Positions 34,950-44,652 of a stretch of 64,000 nucleotides of DNA are shown here, piece by piece. Location: positions 1 to 64,000 of IMG/VR virus record IMGVR_UViG_3300021326_000217. One strand, given 5' to 3'. A model generated the notes under the pieces. It was not told the DNA's origin and did no database searches. It saw only the letters and a list, made by a program, of their open reading frames with translations. Position 1 is the first letter of the stretch; every line of letters starts with the position of its first letter. The DNA is from a virus. Lineage: Duplodnaviria; Caudoviricetes. The position numbers were made by a program, and so were the translations under genes.

Positions 34950-36137
34950 ATGACTATTTTAGAACTCAGAGAAAAAAGAAACAAGACATGGGAAGCGGCT
35001 AAAGCGTTTCTCGACACACACAGAAACGAAAAAGGCACTCTTTCTGCCGAGGACGATGCGACCTACACCAAGATGGAAAAGGATATGGAGGACTACGGCA
35101 GAGAAATTGCAAGGCTTGAGAGACAGGCGGCACTTGATGCTGAGCTTGCAAAGCCTGTGGGAGAGCCGATTAAAAACACACCTCAAGGTGTAAAACCCAC
35201 AAAAGAAGGTCGTGCATCGGACGAGTATAAAAAGCAGTTTTGGAATGTTCTGAAAAGCAAAAACCCTGTGCATGAAGTTGTAAATGCGCTTCAGGTCGGA
35301 ACTGACTCCGAAGGTGGCTATCTCGTACCTGACGAATTTGAGCGTACACTTATTCAGGGCTTGGAAGAAGCAAACATCATCAGACAGCTTGCAAAGGTTA
35401 TCAATACCGACAGCGGCGAACGTTTAATCCCTGTTGTAGCTTCTCATGGCAGTGCGGCTTGGCTTGCAGAGGAATCTGCCCTCACCGAAAGCGATGATGT
35501 TTTCGGTCAGGTAACGCTCGGTGCGCATAAACTCGGTACTCTGATTAAAGTTTCCAACGAACTCTTGAGCGACAGTGTGTTTGACCTTGAAAGCTATCTG
35601 TCGAGCGAATTTGCAAGACGAATCGGTAATACCGAGGAAGATGCATTTATTAATGGTAACGGCACAAACAAACCTACGGGGCTTATCACAGGCGCATCTG
35701 CAGGTGTAACAACGGCGGCGGCTACTGCTATTACCCTTGATGAAATCATCGACCTTTACCATTCACTTAAAACACCGTACAGAAAGAATGCATCCTTTAT
35801 TATGAACGATGCAACCATTAAGGTAATTCGTAAAATGAAGGACGAAAACGGTCAGTATTTGTGGCAACCATCTGTAAGAGATGGTGAGCCTGACACGCTT
35901 CTCGGCAGACCGCTATATGCTTCTTCGTATATGCCCACCATCGCCGCATCCAAAGTGCCGATTATTTTCGGTGACTATTCATATTATTGGATTGCCGACC
36001 GTCAGGGCAGAGTGTTCAAGAGACTGAACGAACTGTATGCAGGAAACGACCAGACAGGCTTCCTTGCCACACAGCGTGTTGACGGCAAGCTCACACTTTC
36101 CGAGGCGGTTAAGAAGCTCACGATGAAAGCATCGTAA
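34950..36137 (+). CDS. Major capsid protein (HK97 fold) with N-terminal scaffold domain
   Basis: Coiled N-terminus, GTDSEGGYLVP, GNGTNKPTG, YLWQPS...LLGRP, FGDYS. Confidence 0.95.
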   Translation: MTILELREKRNKTWEAAKAFLDTHRNEKGTLSAEDDATYTKMEKDMEDYGREIARLERQAALDAELAKPVGEPIKNTPQGVKPTKEGRASDEYKKQFWNVLKSKNPVHEVVNALQVGTDSEGGYLVPDEFERTLIQGLEEANIIRQLAKVINTDSGERLIPVVASHGSAAWLAEESALTESDDVFGQVTLGAHKLGTLIKVSNELLSDSVFDLESYLSSEFARRIGNTEEDAFINGNGTNKPTGLITGASAGVTTAAATAITLDEIIDLYHSLKTPYRKNASFIMNDATIKVIRKMKDENGQYLWQPSVRDGEPDTLLGRPLYASSYMPTIAASKVPIIFGDYSYYWIADRQGRVFKRLNELYAGNDQTGFLATQRVDGKLTLSEAVKKLTMKAS

Positions 36138-36152
36138 TTGGGGGCGTGAACA

Positions 36153-36332
36153 ATGAAAATACGAATTACAAAAAGCTGTGCAGGTGATACCTTCAGTTTT
36201 ATCGCAAATCAGACAGCCGATGTAGATGACAACATCGGTGCAGATTTGGTTTCTGCAGGATATGCAGAGGAAATCAAGGAAGCGAAACCTGCCGCTTCAA
36301 AGGCAGGTGCAAAAAAGAATGCTGACGCTTGA
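36153..36332 (+). CDS. 59-aa protein after the capsid gene, absent from the ORF track
   Basis: MKIRITKSCAG...A..LV.AGYAEEI; usual position of a small head accessory protein. Confidence 0.6.
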   Translation: MKIRITKSCAGDTFSFIANQTADVDDNIGADLVSAGYAEEIKEAKPAASKAGAKKNADA

Positions 36333-36576
36333 TTTTGTAAAAGAATTTCTGCGAATTGACCATGACAGCGAGGACGGGTATCTATCCGTCCTCATTCTTT
36401 TAGCAAAGGAACTATGCGAAAACTATCTGCGCCATGAACTTCCGGATGAGCGTAAAGAGCCTATCGAACAGGCGCAGCTTTTGGTTATATCACATTTTTA
36501 CGAAAACAGAAGCGGTGCGCCGATACCCGATGCTGTTTACAGGCTTTTGGACGCATACAGAAACGAGGTGTTTTGA
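36319..36576 (+). CDS. Head-tail connector (gp6/gp15-like)
   Basis: LTLDFVKEFLRIDHDSED...AQLLVISHFYENR. Confidence 0.85.
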   Translation: MLTLDFVKEFLRIDHDSEDGYLSVLILLAKELCENYLRHELPDERKEPIEQAQLLVISHFYENRSGAPIPDAVYRLLDAYRNEVF

Positions 36577-37068
36577 TTGAACTTTTCTAAATTACGGCAC
36601 AGGATCATATTCCTTCGTCCGACAGATGAAGTGACAAATTCTATGGGCGAAACCATACCGAAGTATAAACCTTTCAAGCCTTATTTACCCTTGCCGTTGC
36701 AAATAGAAAATGAGCGTGTGTATCTCTCGCACGATGATGACGGTAACGCAATCTTGATTGATGAGGACGGACAGCCTATCGCTCATAAGCTCGCACTTAA
36801 AGACTACTCTGTAGCGGCTCTTGTCGCTCCGATGAGCGGACGGGAATACGAGGAAAGTCAAAAGCTCCGTGCAGAAACAACATACAAAATATCTACACGC
36901 TTCTTTCGTGGCATCAAAGCCGAACATCGCATTCTTTACGACAACCGTGAATTTGATATCGTTTCGGTGCTTGACCTCGGCGGCAAGCACGATGAGCTAC
37001 AAATCATCGCCACAGAGCATGACAGCAAAACAGCACAGACTTTTGGTAGCGGTGATTACGATGGCTAA
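36577..37068 (+). CDS. Head closure/head-tail adaptor (gp16-like) with an insertion
   Basis: LRHRIIF...GRE.....AETTYKI.TRF...I....RILYDNREFDIVSV. Confidence 0.8.
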   Translation: MNFSKLRHRIIFLRPTDEVTNSMGETIPKYKPFKPYLPLPLQIENERVYLSHDDDGNAILIDEDGQPIAHKLALKDYSVAALVAPMSGREYEESQKLRAETTYKISTRFFRGIKAEHRILYDNREFDIVSVLDLGGKHDELQIIATEHDSKTAQTFGSGDYDG

Positions 37069-37528
37069 AAACAGTGATACATTCGGTTTCGAGGATTTGG
37101 AAAAAACCTTCAAGAGGATTGAGAGTAAATACAAATCCAAAGGTGATGCCTTTTTAATGAGTATGGCTCGTGTTGCGGCTACGAGAACGAAGTCGAAAAC
37201 ACCTGTGGGCAAAACAAAGAAGCTAAAAGGTACTTGGCGCACCAAGAAGCCCAAGACCTACGGCAAGGCTCGTGTTGCTCGTATGCAGTCGGCAAACCGG
37301 TATGCTCACCTTGTTGAGCGAGGGCATGAGGTTGTTCATGGTGGCAGTACAAGAGCCTCAAACGGCAGAAAACTTAACGCTTTGGGACGAAAGGTGCGTG
37401 GCGTTTCAGTAGACGGTCGTACACAGGGCGCACACATGATTTCCGAGGCTATGAATGATATAGAAGCAACATTCGGAAAATCGGCAGAAAAACTGCTTGA
37501 CGAACTGACGAAAGAGGTGCAGTTGTGA
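37061..37528 (+). CDS. HK97-gp10-like tail completion protein
   Basis: TPVGKT..LKGTWR, YAHLVERGH, GAHMISEA. Confidence 0.8.
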   Translation: MAKNSDTFGFEDLEKTFKRIESKYKSKGDAFLMSMARVAATRTKSKTPVGKTKKLKGTWRTKKPKTYGKARVARMQSANRYAHLVERGHEVVHGGSTRASNGRKLNALGRKVRGVSVDGRTQGAHMISEAMNDIEATFGKSAEKLLDELTKEVQL

Positions 37529-37980
37529 TTACGATAAAAGATATACAAACGGCTGTTTCAAAAAAGCTGAAGGATAACGGTTATACGGTGTTTGCTTCCG
37601 AGGTCAAAGAGGGGTTTCAAAAACCTGCTTGCTTTGTGGATGTATTACCTGCTTCGATAGAACTTCAGAATGTTTATACCGAACTTGTAACCGACAGCAT
37701 TGAAATCTCCTTTTTCCCTTCCGTTGAAACACGGGAGGAACTTGTGAAAAACGCAGAGCGTTTCAAACAAATATTTCTATACTCCACCATTGCCATAAAC
37801 GACAGGTTTCTATCTATCAATGAAATTACCTTTGATTATGAGAAACCTGCGCTTGTGGCAACTTTTGATTTGGAGTATTTGCAGGAAACCGACATAGATA
37901 TTCCCTCTATGCCGAAAATGAAAAATCTATCAGAAAAGGTGGTGACGGAATCTCATGGGACTTCCGAAAATAATCATTGA
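37525..37980 (+). CDS. Tail terminator-like protein
   Basis: Position before the sheath; V.EGFQKPACFV motif. Confidence 0.65.
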   Translation: MITIKDIQTAVSKKLKDNGYTVFASEVKEGFQKPACFVDVLPASIELQNVYTELVTDSIEISFFPSVETREELVKNAERFKQIFLYSTIAINDRFLSINEITFDYEKPALVATFDLEYLQETDIDIPSMPKMKNLSEKVVTESHGTSENNH

Positions 37981-39010
37981 ATTTAAAAAGCTCGCTGAAA
38001 CCCTTATTACAAGAAGTGAGCGTGGGATTGTTGCGATTATCGTAAGGGATAACAGCAACACGAGAACAAGCTATGCTTTCTCAAATGAAAACGAGGTCGT
38101 AAAAAGCCATTTTACGGCAAATAATCTGTCGTATCTTCACTTAGCATTCCTCGGCTCTCCGTCAAAGGTGCTTGTTGAGCGAATCGGTACAGAGGATACG
38201 CTTGATGAGGTTTTGGAGCGGCTGAAAATCAAGAAATGGAACTATCTGACTATGCCCGATGCAACAAGCAATGAAGCGGTCGCTTTGGCAAATTTCGTTA
38301 TTGAACAGCGTGACACCTACCATAAAACCTTTAAATTGGTAGCGGCAAATACGGCTTCTAACCATGAAGGCGTTATCAACTTCACAACCGCAGAAATCAA
38401 GGTGGAATCAAAAACATATACGACAGCAGGTTTCTGTACGAGAATCGCAGGTGTCCTTGCAGGAATGCCTGTCAACCGAAGTGCGACATACTTTGTCCTT
38501 CCCGAAGTTGACAGCATAGAGGAAAGTCAAACGCCTGATGCCGATATTGACCTCGGACAGCTTATTCTCATAAATGACGGCACGAAAATCAAAATCGCAA
38601 GGGGCGTTAATTCCCTTACAACCACAACCGATGCAAAGAGCGAGGATTTCAAGAAAATTAAAATCATTGAAGCGGTTGATATGATAAGGGACGATATCCG
38701 CACAACCTTCGAGGACGATTTTGTCGGTAAGGTCGAAAATTCCTATGATAACAAAATCGTGTTCTTGGCGGCGGTCAATAAATATTTCCGTGACCTTGCA
38801 TCCCAGGGCGTATTATACGACCAGTTTGATAACAAGGCTGAAATCGATATTGAAGGCAATCGTGAATGGCTTTCCTTGCACAAGGATGTATCCGCTTGGG
38901 ATGATGAGAAAATCAAGACCGCAAACACGGGTACTAATGTATTTGTGAAAGCAAATATTCAGGTGCAGGATGCGATTGAGGACTTGAACTTTAATGTCTA
39001 TATGGAGTAA
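37955..39010 (+). CDS. Contractile tail sheath (XkdK-like)
   Basis: MGLPKIIIEFK..A..RSERGIVA, KIARGVNS, FKKIKIIEAVD, DAIED. Confidence 0.9.
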   Translation: MGLPKIIIEFKKLAETLITRSERGIVAIIVRDNSNTRTSYAFSNENEVVKSHFTANNLSYLHLAFLGSPSKVLVERIGTEDTLDEVLERLKIKKWNYLTMPDATSNEAVALANFVIEQRDTYHKTFKLVAANTASNHEGVINFTTAEIKVESKTYTTAGFCTRIAGVLAGMPVNRSATYFVLPEVDSIEESQTPDADIDLGQLILINDGTKIKIARGVNSLTTTTDAKSEDFKKIKIIEAVDMIRDDIRTTFEDDFVGKVENSYDNKIVFLAAVNKYFRDLASQGVLYDQFDNKAEIDIEGNREWLSLHKDVSAWDDEKIKTANTGTNVFVKANIQVQDAIEDLNFNVYME

Positions 39011-39025
39011 AGGAGGTAACGGACT

Positions 39026-39466
39026 ATGGCAGTAAAACCCACAGCACCCCGTGTTATGAACGGTAAATGGGGCATGGTTTATTTAGATGGTGAGCCTGTC
39101 TATGAGACTGATTCATACGAGGCAAAGCTGACAATTGAACGTGAGGATGTGGACTTTGTCGGGCAGATGGCGAAGGACTCCAAAATGACAGGACTAACGG
39201 GCGAATGGAGCATGAAGGTTAAAAAGGTCTTTTCGAGGGGCGCACAGCTTCTTTCCGAAAAGATAAAGAAAGGTCACGATGTGCGCATTCAGATTATTTC
39301 AAAAATTGATGACCCTGATGCCTATGGCTCGGAACGCCTTGTTGTTGAGAATGCGTGGTTTAACGACCTTACGCTTCAGAAGTTTGAGAACGGGAAAATG
39401 ATTGATGAGGAGTATTCAGGTGGCTTCACCGATTATTACTTCCCCGATTTAGTGAAAGTGAGGTAG
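39026..39466 (+). CDS. Tail tube (XkdM-like)
   Basis: RVMNGKWG.VYLDGE; KIDDPDAYGSER; FENGK..EEY.G.FTDY. Confidence 0.9.
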   Translation: MAVKPTAPRVMNGKWGMVYLDGEPVYETDSYEAKLTIEREDVDFVGQMAKDSKMTGLTGEWSMKVKKVFSRGAQLLSEKIKKGHDVRIQIISKIDDPDAYGSERLVVENAWFNDLTLQKFENGKMIDEEYSGGFTDYYFPDLVKVR

Positions 39467-39472
39467 ACGAAA

Positions 39473-39850
39473 ATGAACAAGAATGCAAAAATCACTCTGC
39501 AGGAGCTTATAAAAAGAAAAGAGCAGATGCTTGAGAGCAAGAACAAGCTGAAAACAAAGGAACTGTATATTTCGTCTTTGGACGGTACTATCACCGTTGA
39601 ATGTCCGACCTCGGCTATGGCAAAGGAAGCGCAGGAAATGGACAACGGCGATGCGTACATGGTTTACGAGTGCGTTAAGGAGCCGTGCTTAAAGTCAAAG
39701 GAACTTCGTGATGCTTTCGGATGCATTGAGCCTATGGAGATTGTCGAAAAGATATTTGATGCAGGTGAAATTCCGCAGATTGCTCTTGAGTGCTTAAAGC
39801 TCGCTGGGTATGTTGACTCTGTTAAGGCGGTTGACGATATAAAAAACTGA
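39473..39850 (+). CDS. Tail assembly chaperone (XkdN-like)
   Basis: Position after the tube; C..P.LK.KELRDAFG..EP.EIV.KIF..GEI. Confidence 0.85.
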   Translation: MNKNAKITLQELIKRKEQMLESKNKLKTKELYISSLDGTITVECPTSAMAKEAQEMDNGDAYMVYECVKEPCLKSKELRDAFGCIEPMEIVEKIFDAGEIPQIALECLKLAGYVDSVKAVDDIKN

Positions 39851-40020
39851 TAAGAAGTGACGGAGAACTCGGTATGCTCTGTCACTTCTTAAATCGTGGC
39901 ATTTTGCCTGAACATATTATAAATCTCCCGTTTGCCGAAAAAGTCTTTTATAAAGGCTGCTATGAAATATTCGTGGAGGATGAATACGAGAAAACAAAGG
40001 CACTTGCAGGAGGTGGTTAA
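39841..40020 (+). other. -1 programmed frameshift extension of the tail chaperone
   Basis: Slippery A AAA AAC (39841-39847) before TGA; -1 frame open to TAA at 40018-40020 (LIRSDGELGMLCHFLNRG...). Confidence 0.8.
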
Positions 40021-40022
40021 CA

Positions 40023-42026
40023 GTGGCTAAAAATATAGGCGCAACATTATCTTTGAAGGACAATAACTTTTTTACCACTATCAAGAACGCCACCAACTCG
40101 TTAAACGGTTTTCAGAAGCATACGACCAATGCGACAGGCAACCTCAAAAAAATGGGAACACAGGGAAAAGCAACAGGTGATTCCCTCGCTTCTCTTGCAA
40201 AAAAGGCACTCGGTGTTGTTGCGGCTTATGCTTCGTTCAGGCAGGTTATTTCAATCGGAAAAGAATGCGTAGAGCTTGCGCAGAAAGCCGAGGAAGCTAA
40301 TGTCCGCTTAAATACCATAATGGATCAGATCCCCGGCATAACGGGCAAAGCGAAAGAGAGCGTGGCAAGCCTCTGCAAAGAGATGTCACAACAGACCACC
40401 ATAGGAGCAACAGCACAAAAATCAGGTGCCTCACAGCTTGCATCGTTCCAAATGTCAGCGGACAGTATTGAAAAGCTCCTGCCTCAGTTAAACAACTTGG
40501 CTGTCGCAAACTACGGTGTGAATGTAACTTCAGACCAAATGATACAGTCGGCGAATATGCTCGGTAAGGCGTACAGCGGTCAAACAGGTGCTCTCTCCCG
40601 TGCAGGTATCGTTATGACGGACGCACAGGCTAAAATCTTAAAGACGGGTGACGATGCACAAAAGAGTGCGGCACTCGTTGAGATACTGCAACAGAACTTT
40701 GGTGACCTCGCAAAAGAGATGGCAAACACCAATGAAGGACGGATTATAAGGCTTAAAAATGCTGTGGCAGGTATTAAGGTTACTGTCGGTCAGGCTCTGC
40801 TTCCTGCCGTCACTACCATAGTCGGTTATGTGGCGGACAAAATCCCGACCATAATGAATTTGGTTGAAAGAGCAATCGAAAAAGTAAAAGTGCCTTTGAT
40901 TTGGCTAAAAGACAACGCTCTCCCTCCGCTTATTTCCGCTTTCGGTGCTGTAAAGGATTATGTGGTTGATGCCTTTGATAACATCAAGGGTGCAATCGAA
41001 CAAAACAGCGATAAAATTAACGGTTTGGGAACAGTTGCTACAAATATAGGAACACTACTCAAAAAGGCATTTGAACTGTGCAAGCCTACTCTTATTTGGA
41101 TTAAGGATACGGCTCTCCCTGGGCTTGTAGGCGTGTTTGGAACGGTGCTGAATGCCATAACTGGAATAGCAAATTTCTTTGTTAATAATTGGAGCCTGAT
41201 TGCTCCGATTATCGCAGGAATAACGGGTGCAATTCTCGCCTATAAAGCGATTGTTGTTGTCGTTAATGTAGTGACAAAAATATGGACGGTCGCACAAATG
41301 GTTTTAAATGCTGTTTTAACGGCTAACCCGATAGGCATTATCATTGTTGCAATCGGCGCACTCATCGCCATAGCTGTTGCTCTTTGGATGAATTGGGACA
41401 GCATTTGTCAGTGGTGTATGACAGCATTCGGTGCGGTCAAAGACTTTTTTGTTTCAGTCGGCACGGCAATCGGTGATTTCTTTGTCGGACTTTGGAGCGG
41501 CATCAAGGACACGGCGGTTTCGGTTTGGACGGGCATAACAGGCTTTTTATCGGGTGCTTGGAACACGATTTCAAGTGCGGTCACATCTGTCTTTTCCGCT
41601 ATCGGAAACACCATCAAAAATGTATGGAACGGCATTGTAAATACGATTAAAGGCGCAATCAATAAAATCATCGGCGGCATCAACGGCATGATACGAGGAG
41701 CCGTAAACGGCATTAACGGATTGATTAATGGCATCAATGCCGTTACAGGTGCTGTCGGTATTCCTGCTATTCCCACCTTTACTGCGCCGCAAATACCTAT
41801 GCTTGCAAACGGTGGTATTCTGCGAACGGCAGGTAGTGTAATTGTAGGCGAAAAGGGTGCGGAAATGCTCACACTACCGAAAGGCGCACAGGTTACTCCG
41901 CTTAATAAGACAACAAACACAAACAATAATGTCTTTTATATCACTGTGAACGCAGACGGGAAACCTGTAGATACCATTGTAAACGAGCTTGTGCCGAAGT
42001 TAAAACTCGCACTTGCAAATCTGTAA
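40023..42026 (+). CDS. Tape measure protein
   Basis: 667 aa, Ala/Gly-rich amphipathic repeats with W/F periodicity; C-terminal IPMLANGG. Confidence 0.9.
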   Translation: MAKNIGATLSLKDNNFFTTIKNATNSLNGFQKHTTNATGNLKKMGTQGKATGDSLASLAKKALGVVAAYASFRQVISIGKECVELAQKAEEANVRLNTIMDQIPGITGKAKESVASLCKEMSQQTTIGATAQKSGASQLASFQMSADSIEKLLPQLNNLAVANYGVNVTSDQMIQSANMLGKAYSGQTGALSRAGIVMTDAQAKILKTGDDAQKSAALVEILQQNFGDLAKEMANTNEGRIIRLKNAVAGIKVTVGQALLPAVTTIVGYVADKIPTIMNLVERAIEKVKVPLIWLKDNALPPLISAFGAVKDYVVDAFDNIKGAIEQNSDKINGLGTVATNIGTLLKKAFELCKPTLIWIKDTALPGLVGVFGTVLNAITGIANFFVNNWSLIAPIIAGITGAILAYKAIVVVVNVVTKIWTVAQMVLNAVLTANPIGIIIVAIGALIAIAVALWMNWDSICQWCMTAFGAVKDFFVSVGTAIGDFFVGLWSGIKDTAVSVWTGITGFLSGAWNTISSAVTSVFSAIGNTIKNVWNGIVNTIKGAINKIIGGINGMIRGAVNGINGLINGINAVTGAVGIPAIPTFTAPQIPMLANGGILRTAGSVIVGEKGAEMLTLPKGAQVTPLNKTTNTNNNVFYITVNADGKPVDTIVNELVPKLKLALANL

Positions 42027-42037
42027 GGAGGGATTTT

Positions 42038-42433
42038 GTGGACATATACTTAAGCGTTAATAACCGTGAACAGGTTATCTGCCTTCCTGTCCTGCCCTCC
42101 GAGTTTACCGTATCGAAGCCCCGCTCGAATGAGGTGTTTGAAACGGTGTCGCAGGGCGAGCTTAACCTTATCGGTAAAAGCCAGTTAAAAAGCATATCAT
42201 GGGATAGCTTCTTTCCTTCAAAGGACTATCCCTTTTTGCGTGACAGAAACTATACGGCTTTCGGTTACCTCTATTTGCTTGACACATGGTATGAGCAGAA
42301 GCTCCCGATGCGGCTCATCATTACCGAAACACCAATCAATATGGCTTGCACCATAGAGAGCTTTTCCTATACCATTAAGAAAGACGGCGATATGCATTAC
42401 AGCATAACGCTCTCGGAGGTGAAGTTAATCTAA
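42038..42433 (+). CDS. XkdP-like tube initiator
   Basis: LPVLP.EF.VS...LK.ISW.SFFP...GD..Y.I.L.E; position after the tape measure gene. Confidence 0.75.
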   Translation: MDIYLSVNNREQVICLPVLPSEFTVSKPRSNEVFETVSQGELNLIGKSQLKSISWDSFFPSKDYPFLRDRNYTAFGYLYLLDTWYEQKLPMRLIITETPINMACTIESFSYTIKKDGDMHYSITLSEVKLI

Positions 42434-43959
42434 TGGGCGCAGTTATTGAAAGTGCGGTAAATTGGGCGGTCGGTATCGCCAATGATAACTCGCATGGTTA
42501 TGACCAAAACAGCCGTTGGGGTGTTGATTATGACTGTTCCTCTCTCGTTATTTCAGCTTTTGAACAAGCAGGGGTAAAGGTCAAAACGGGTGGTGCTACC
42601 TACACGGGCAACATGAGAAGTGTGTTCTTGAGATACGGCTTTTCAGATGTTACGGGTAGCATCACACTTTCAAACGGCAGTGGCTTAAAGCGTGGCGATG
42701 TGCTTTTAAACACTACCCACCATACCGCACTTGTTGTGACGGACGGCGGCGGTACAATCGTCAACGCTTCCATAAACGAGAACGGCAAAACTAAAGGCGG
42801 CAAAAAAGGTGACCAGACGGGCAAAGAAATATATACAAGGGGTTACTACAATTATCCGTGGAACTGTGTGCTTCGTTACACAGGCGATGATTCGGTGGCT
42901 CCTGCTTCGTCATCTTCTGCATCGGGAACGACAACCCAAAAGGAATACTCACTATCCGACAAATACGGTACGGGCGGCAATACTATCCGTGAGGACTTTG
43001 CTCTTAATCGAGACGAGACATATAAACTGCTTGCGGACGGAGTGGATATTTCAAGCTATGTGGGCGGTCTTTCGTGGCAAAACACGATTGATGAGCTTGC
43101 GACAAAGATGAACTTTGAAGTTGCAAAATCTGATACAAGGTATGTTAACACCTACGCTCCGCAAGTCGGGAGTATTATTAACCTTTTTACCGATGCCGAG
43201 ATATTCAGAGGAATCGTAATCGCCGTTGATGATGCGGACAAAACACGGAATAAATATACCGTTACGGATTTTGGTTGGTACTTGAATAAGTCAAAGGAAA
43301 CATATCAGTTTAACAATATGTCGGCATATAAAGCCATAAACAAAGTATGTGCCGATTTCAATATCCCGATTGATACGATTCCCGAACTGAAAACGGAAAT
43401 AAAGCAAATTTATGTGGATAAAGCTGTGTCGGAAATCATTACAAATATTCTCGAACTCTGCGGTGGCGGTTATAACTTTGACATGACACCGCAGGGACTT
43501 CGGATTTATAAATACGGTGAGATTTATGCTTATCCCGAATTTCGTATAACACCGAACACGCCTTTGATTTACTCTCCCTCTCTTCGAGGCGGTGTGTCAC
43601 ATTCGGTGTCGATTGAGGATATGAAAAACAGTGTTAAGGTAATAACCGAAGCAGACAGCGTTTATACCGTCCAGACGGTTCTTAAGGATACCGACAGCAT
43701 ATATAAATTTGGTGTACTTCAAGAGGTCGTAAAGATAGATCCTGAAAAAGAAAATGCACAGACGGTGGCACAGGCAAAACTCAATGATCTTAACACGCAA
43801 TCGGAGAGTTTTTCTTTTGAAATGATAGAGTCGGTGGACAGCTACACACGGGCAGGTATGATAATGGATATTGACGATGTACGATACCTGATTGAAGGCA
43901 CAAACCACAGTATAACAAATGGAATACACCATGTGAAAGTTGATTTACGGAGGTGGTAA
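42433..43959 (+). CDS. NlpC/P60-like peptidoglycan hydrolase fused to an XkdQ-like baseplate hub
   Basis: N-terminal A.DNSHGYDQ..RWG.DYDCSS...TYTGNM...GDVLL...HHTA; C-terminal hub ending YKFGVLQEV. Confidence 0.8.
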   Translation: MGAVIESAVNWAVGIANDNSHGYDQNSRWGVDYDCSSLVISAFEQAGVKVKTGGATYTGNMRSVFLRYGFSDVTGSITLSNGSGLKRGDVLLNTTHHTALVVTDGGGTIVNASINENGKTKGGKKGDQTGKEIYTRGYYNYPWNCVLRYTGDDSVAPASSSSASGTTTQKEYSLSDKYGTGGNTIREDFALNRDETYKLLADGVDISSYVGGLSWQNTIDELATKMNFEVAKSDTRYVNTYAPQVGSIINLFTDAEIFRGIVIAVDDADKTRNKYTVTDFGWYLNKSKETYQFNNMSAYKAINKVCADFNIPIDTIPELKTEIKQIYVDKAVSEIITNILELCGGGYNFDMTPQGLRIYKYGEIYAYPEFRITPNTPLIYSPSLRGGVSHSVSIEDMKNSVKVITEADSVYTVQTVLKDTDSIYKFGVLQEVVKIDPEKENAQTVAQAKLNDLNTQSESFSFEMIESVDSYTRAGMIMDIDDVRYLIEGTNHSITNGIHHVKVDLRRW

Positions 43960-43960
43960 T

Positions 43961-44227
43961 TTGGACGGTATAACGGAACTTGCAAAACTACTGAAAGAAA
44001 GAGAAAACGGCACAGGCTACTCTCCCGTTTTCGGAACTATAATCGAACTGCCGAATACGAAAATCCGCATCAGCGACAAAATCATATTAAATGACAGCTA
44101 TATAAAATCGCTTTTTGATTTCAAAAAGCAAAATATGGATAACGAGTACATCTATCTTGGCTCTGAGGTGGTCTTGCTTCCGTACCAGAACCACCAGAAA
44201 TTTATACTTATGGGGGTGATACGCTAA
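43961..44227 (+). CDS. DUF2577/XkdR-like baseplate protein
   Basis: Position and size; TTG start after GGAGGTG. Confidence 0.6.
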   Translation: MDGITELAKLLKERENGTGYSPVFGTIIELPNTKIRISDKIILNDSYIKSLFDFKKQNMDNEYIYLGSEVVLLPYQNHQKFILMGVIR

Positions 44228-44652
44228 TGTTCCCCGAAACAAAAGAAATATCATTTGCTTCTTCCTCGGACAGCTTCGGTACAAAGTCATATCTCTTTGA
44301 TTTTAGTACAGGCGATTTTGTCGTCCGTGACGGTAAGCTCGTGGAATGTGACGGTATTGAGGCTGTAAAGGTATGGATTGAAAAAATCCTGCGAACGGAA
44401 AAAGGCAGATTTCACATATATGACGATACCGAATATGGCGCACGAATTGAGGACTTGGTTGTCGGAAACAGCTATTCGGTAGCGTTTATTGAATCGGAGC
44501 TTAAGCGGGAAATTGAAGATGCGCTCCTTCAAAATCCGCAGATTAGCTCCGTATCAAATATACAGATTACAAGAGGTATCAACTCATTAACCGTTGAATT
44601 GGAGGTGAAGCTCGGTGACACAGGAGGAAATTCTATCACGGTTACTGTCTAA
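44227..44652 (+). CDS. DUF2634/XkdS-like baseplate wedge protein
   Basis: FDFSTGDFV...AVKVWIEKILRTE..RF.IY...YG...ESELKREIEDALL. Confidence 0.85.
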   Translation: MFPETKEISFASSSDSFGTKSYLFDFSTGDFVVRDGKLVECDGIEAVKVWIEKILRTEKGRFHIYDDTEYGARIEDLVVGNSYSVAFIESELKREIEDALLQNPQISSVSNIQITRGINSLTVELEVKLGDTGGNSITVTV

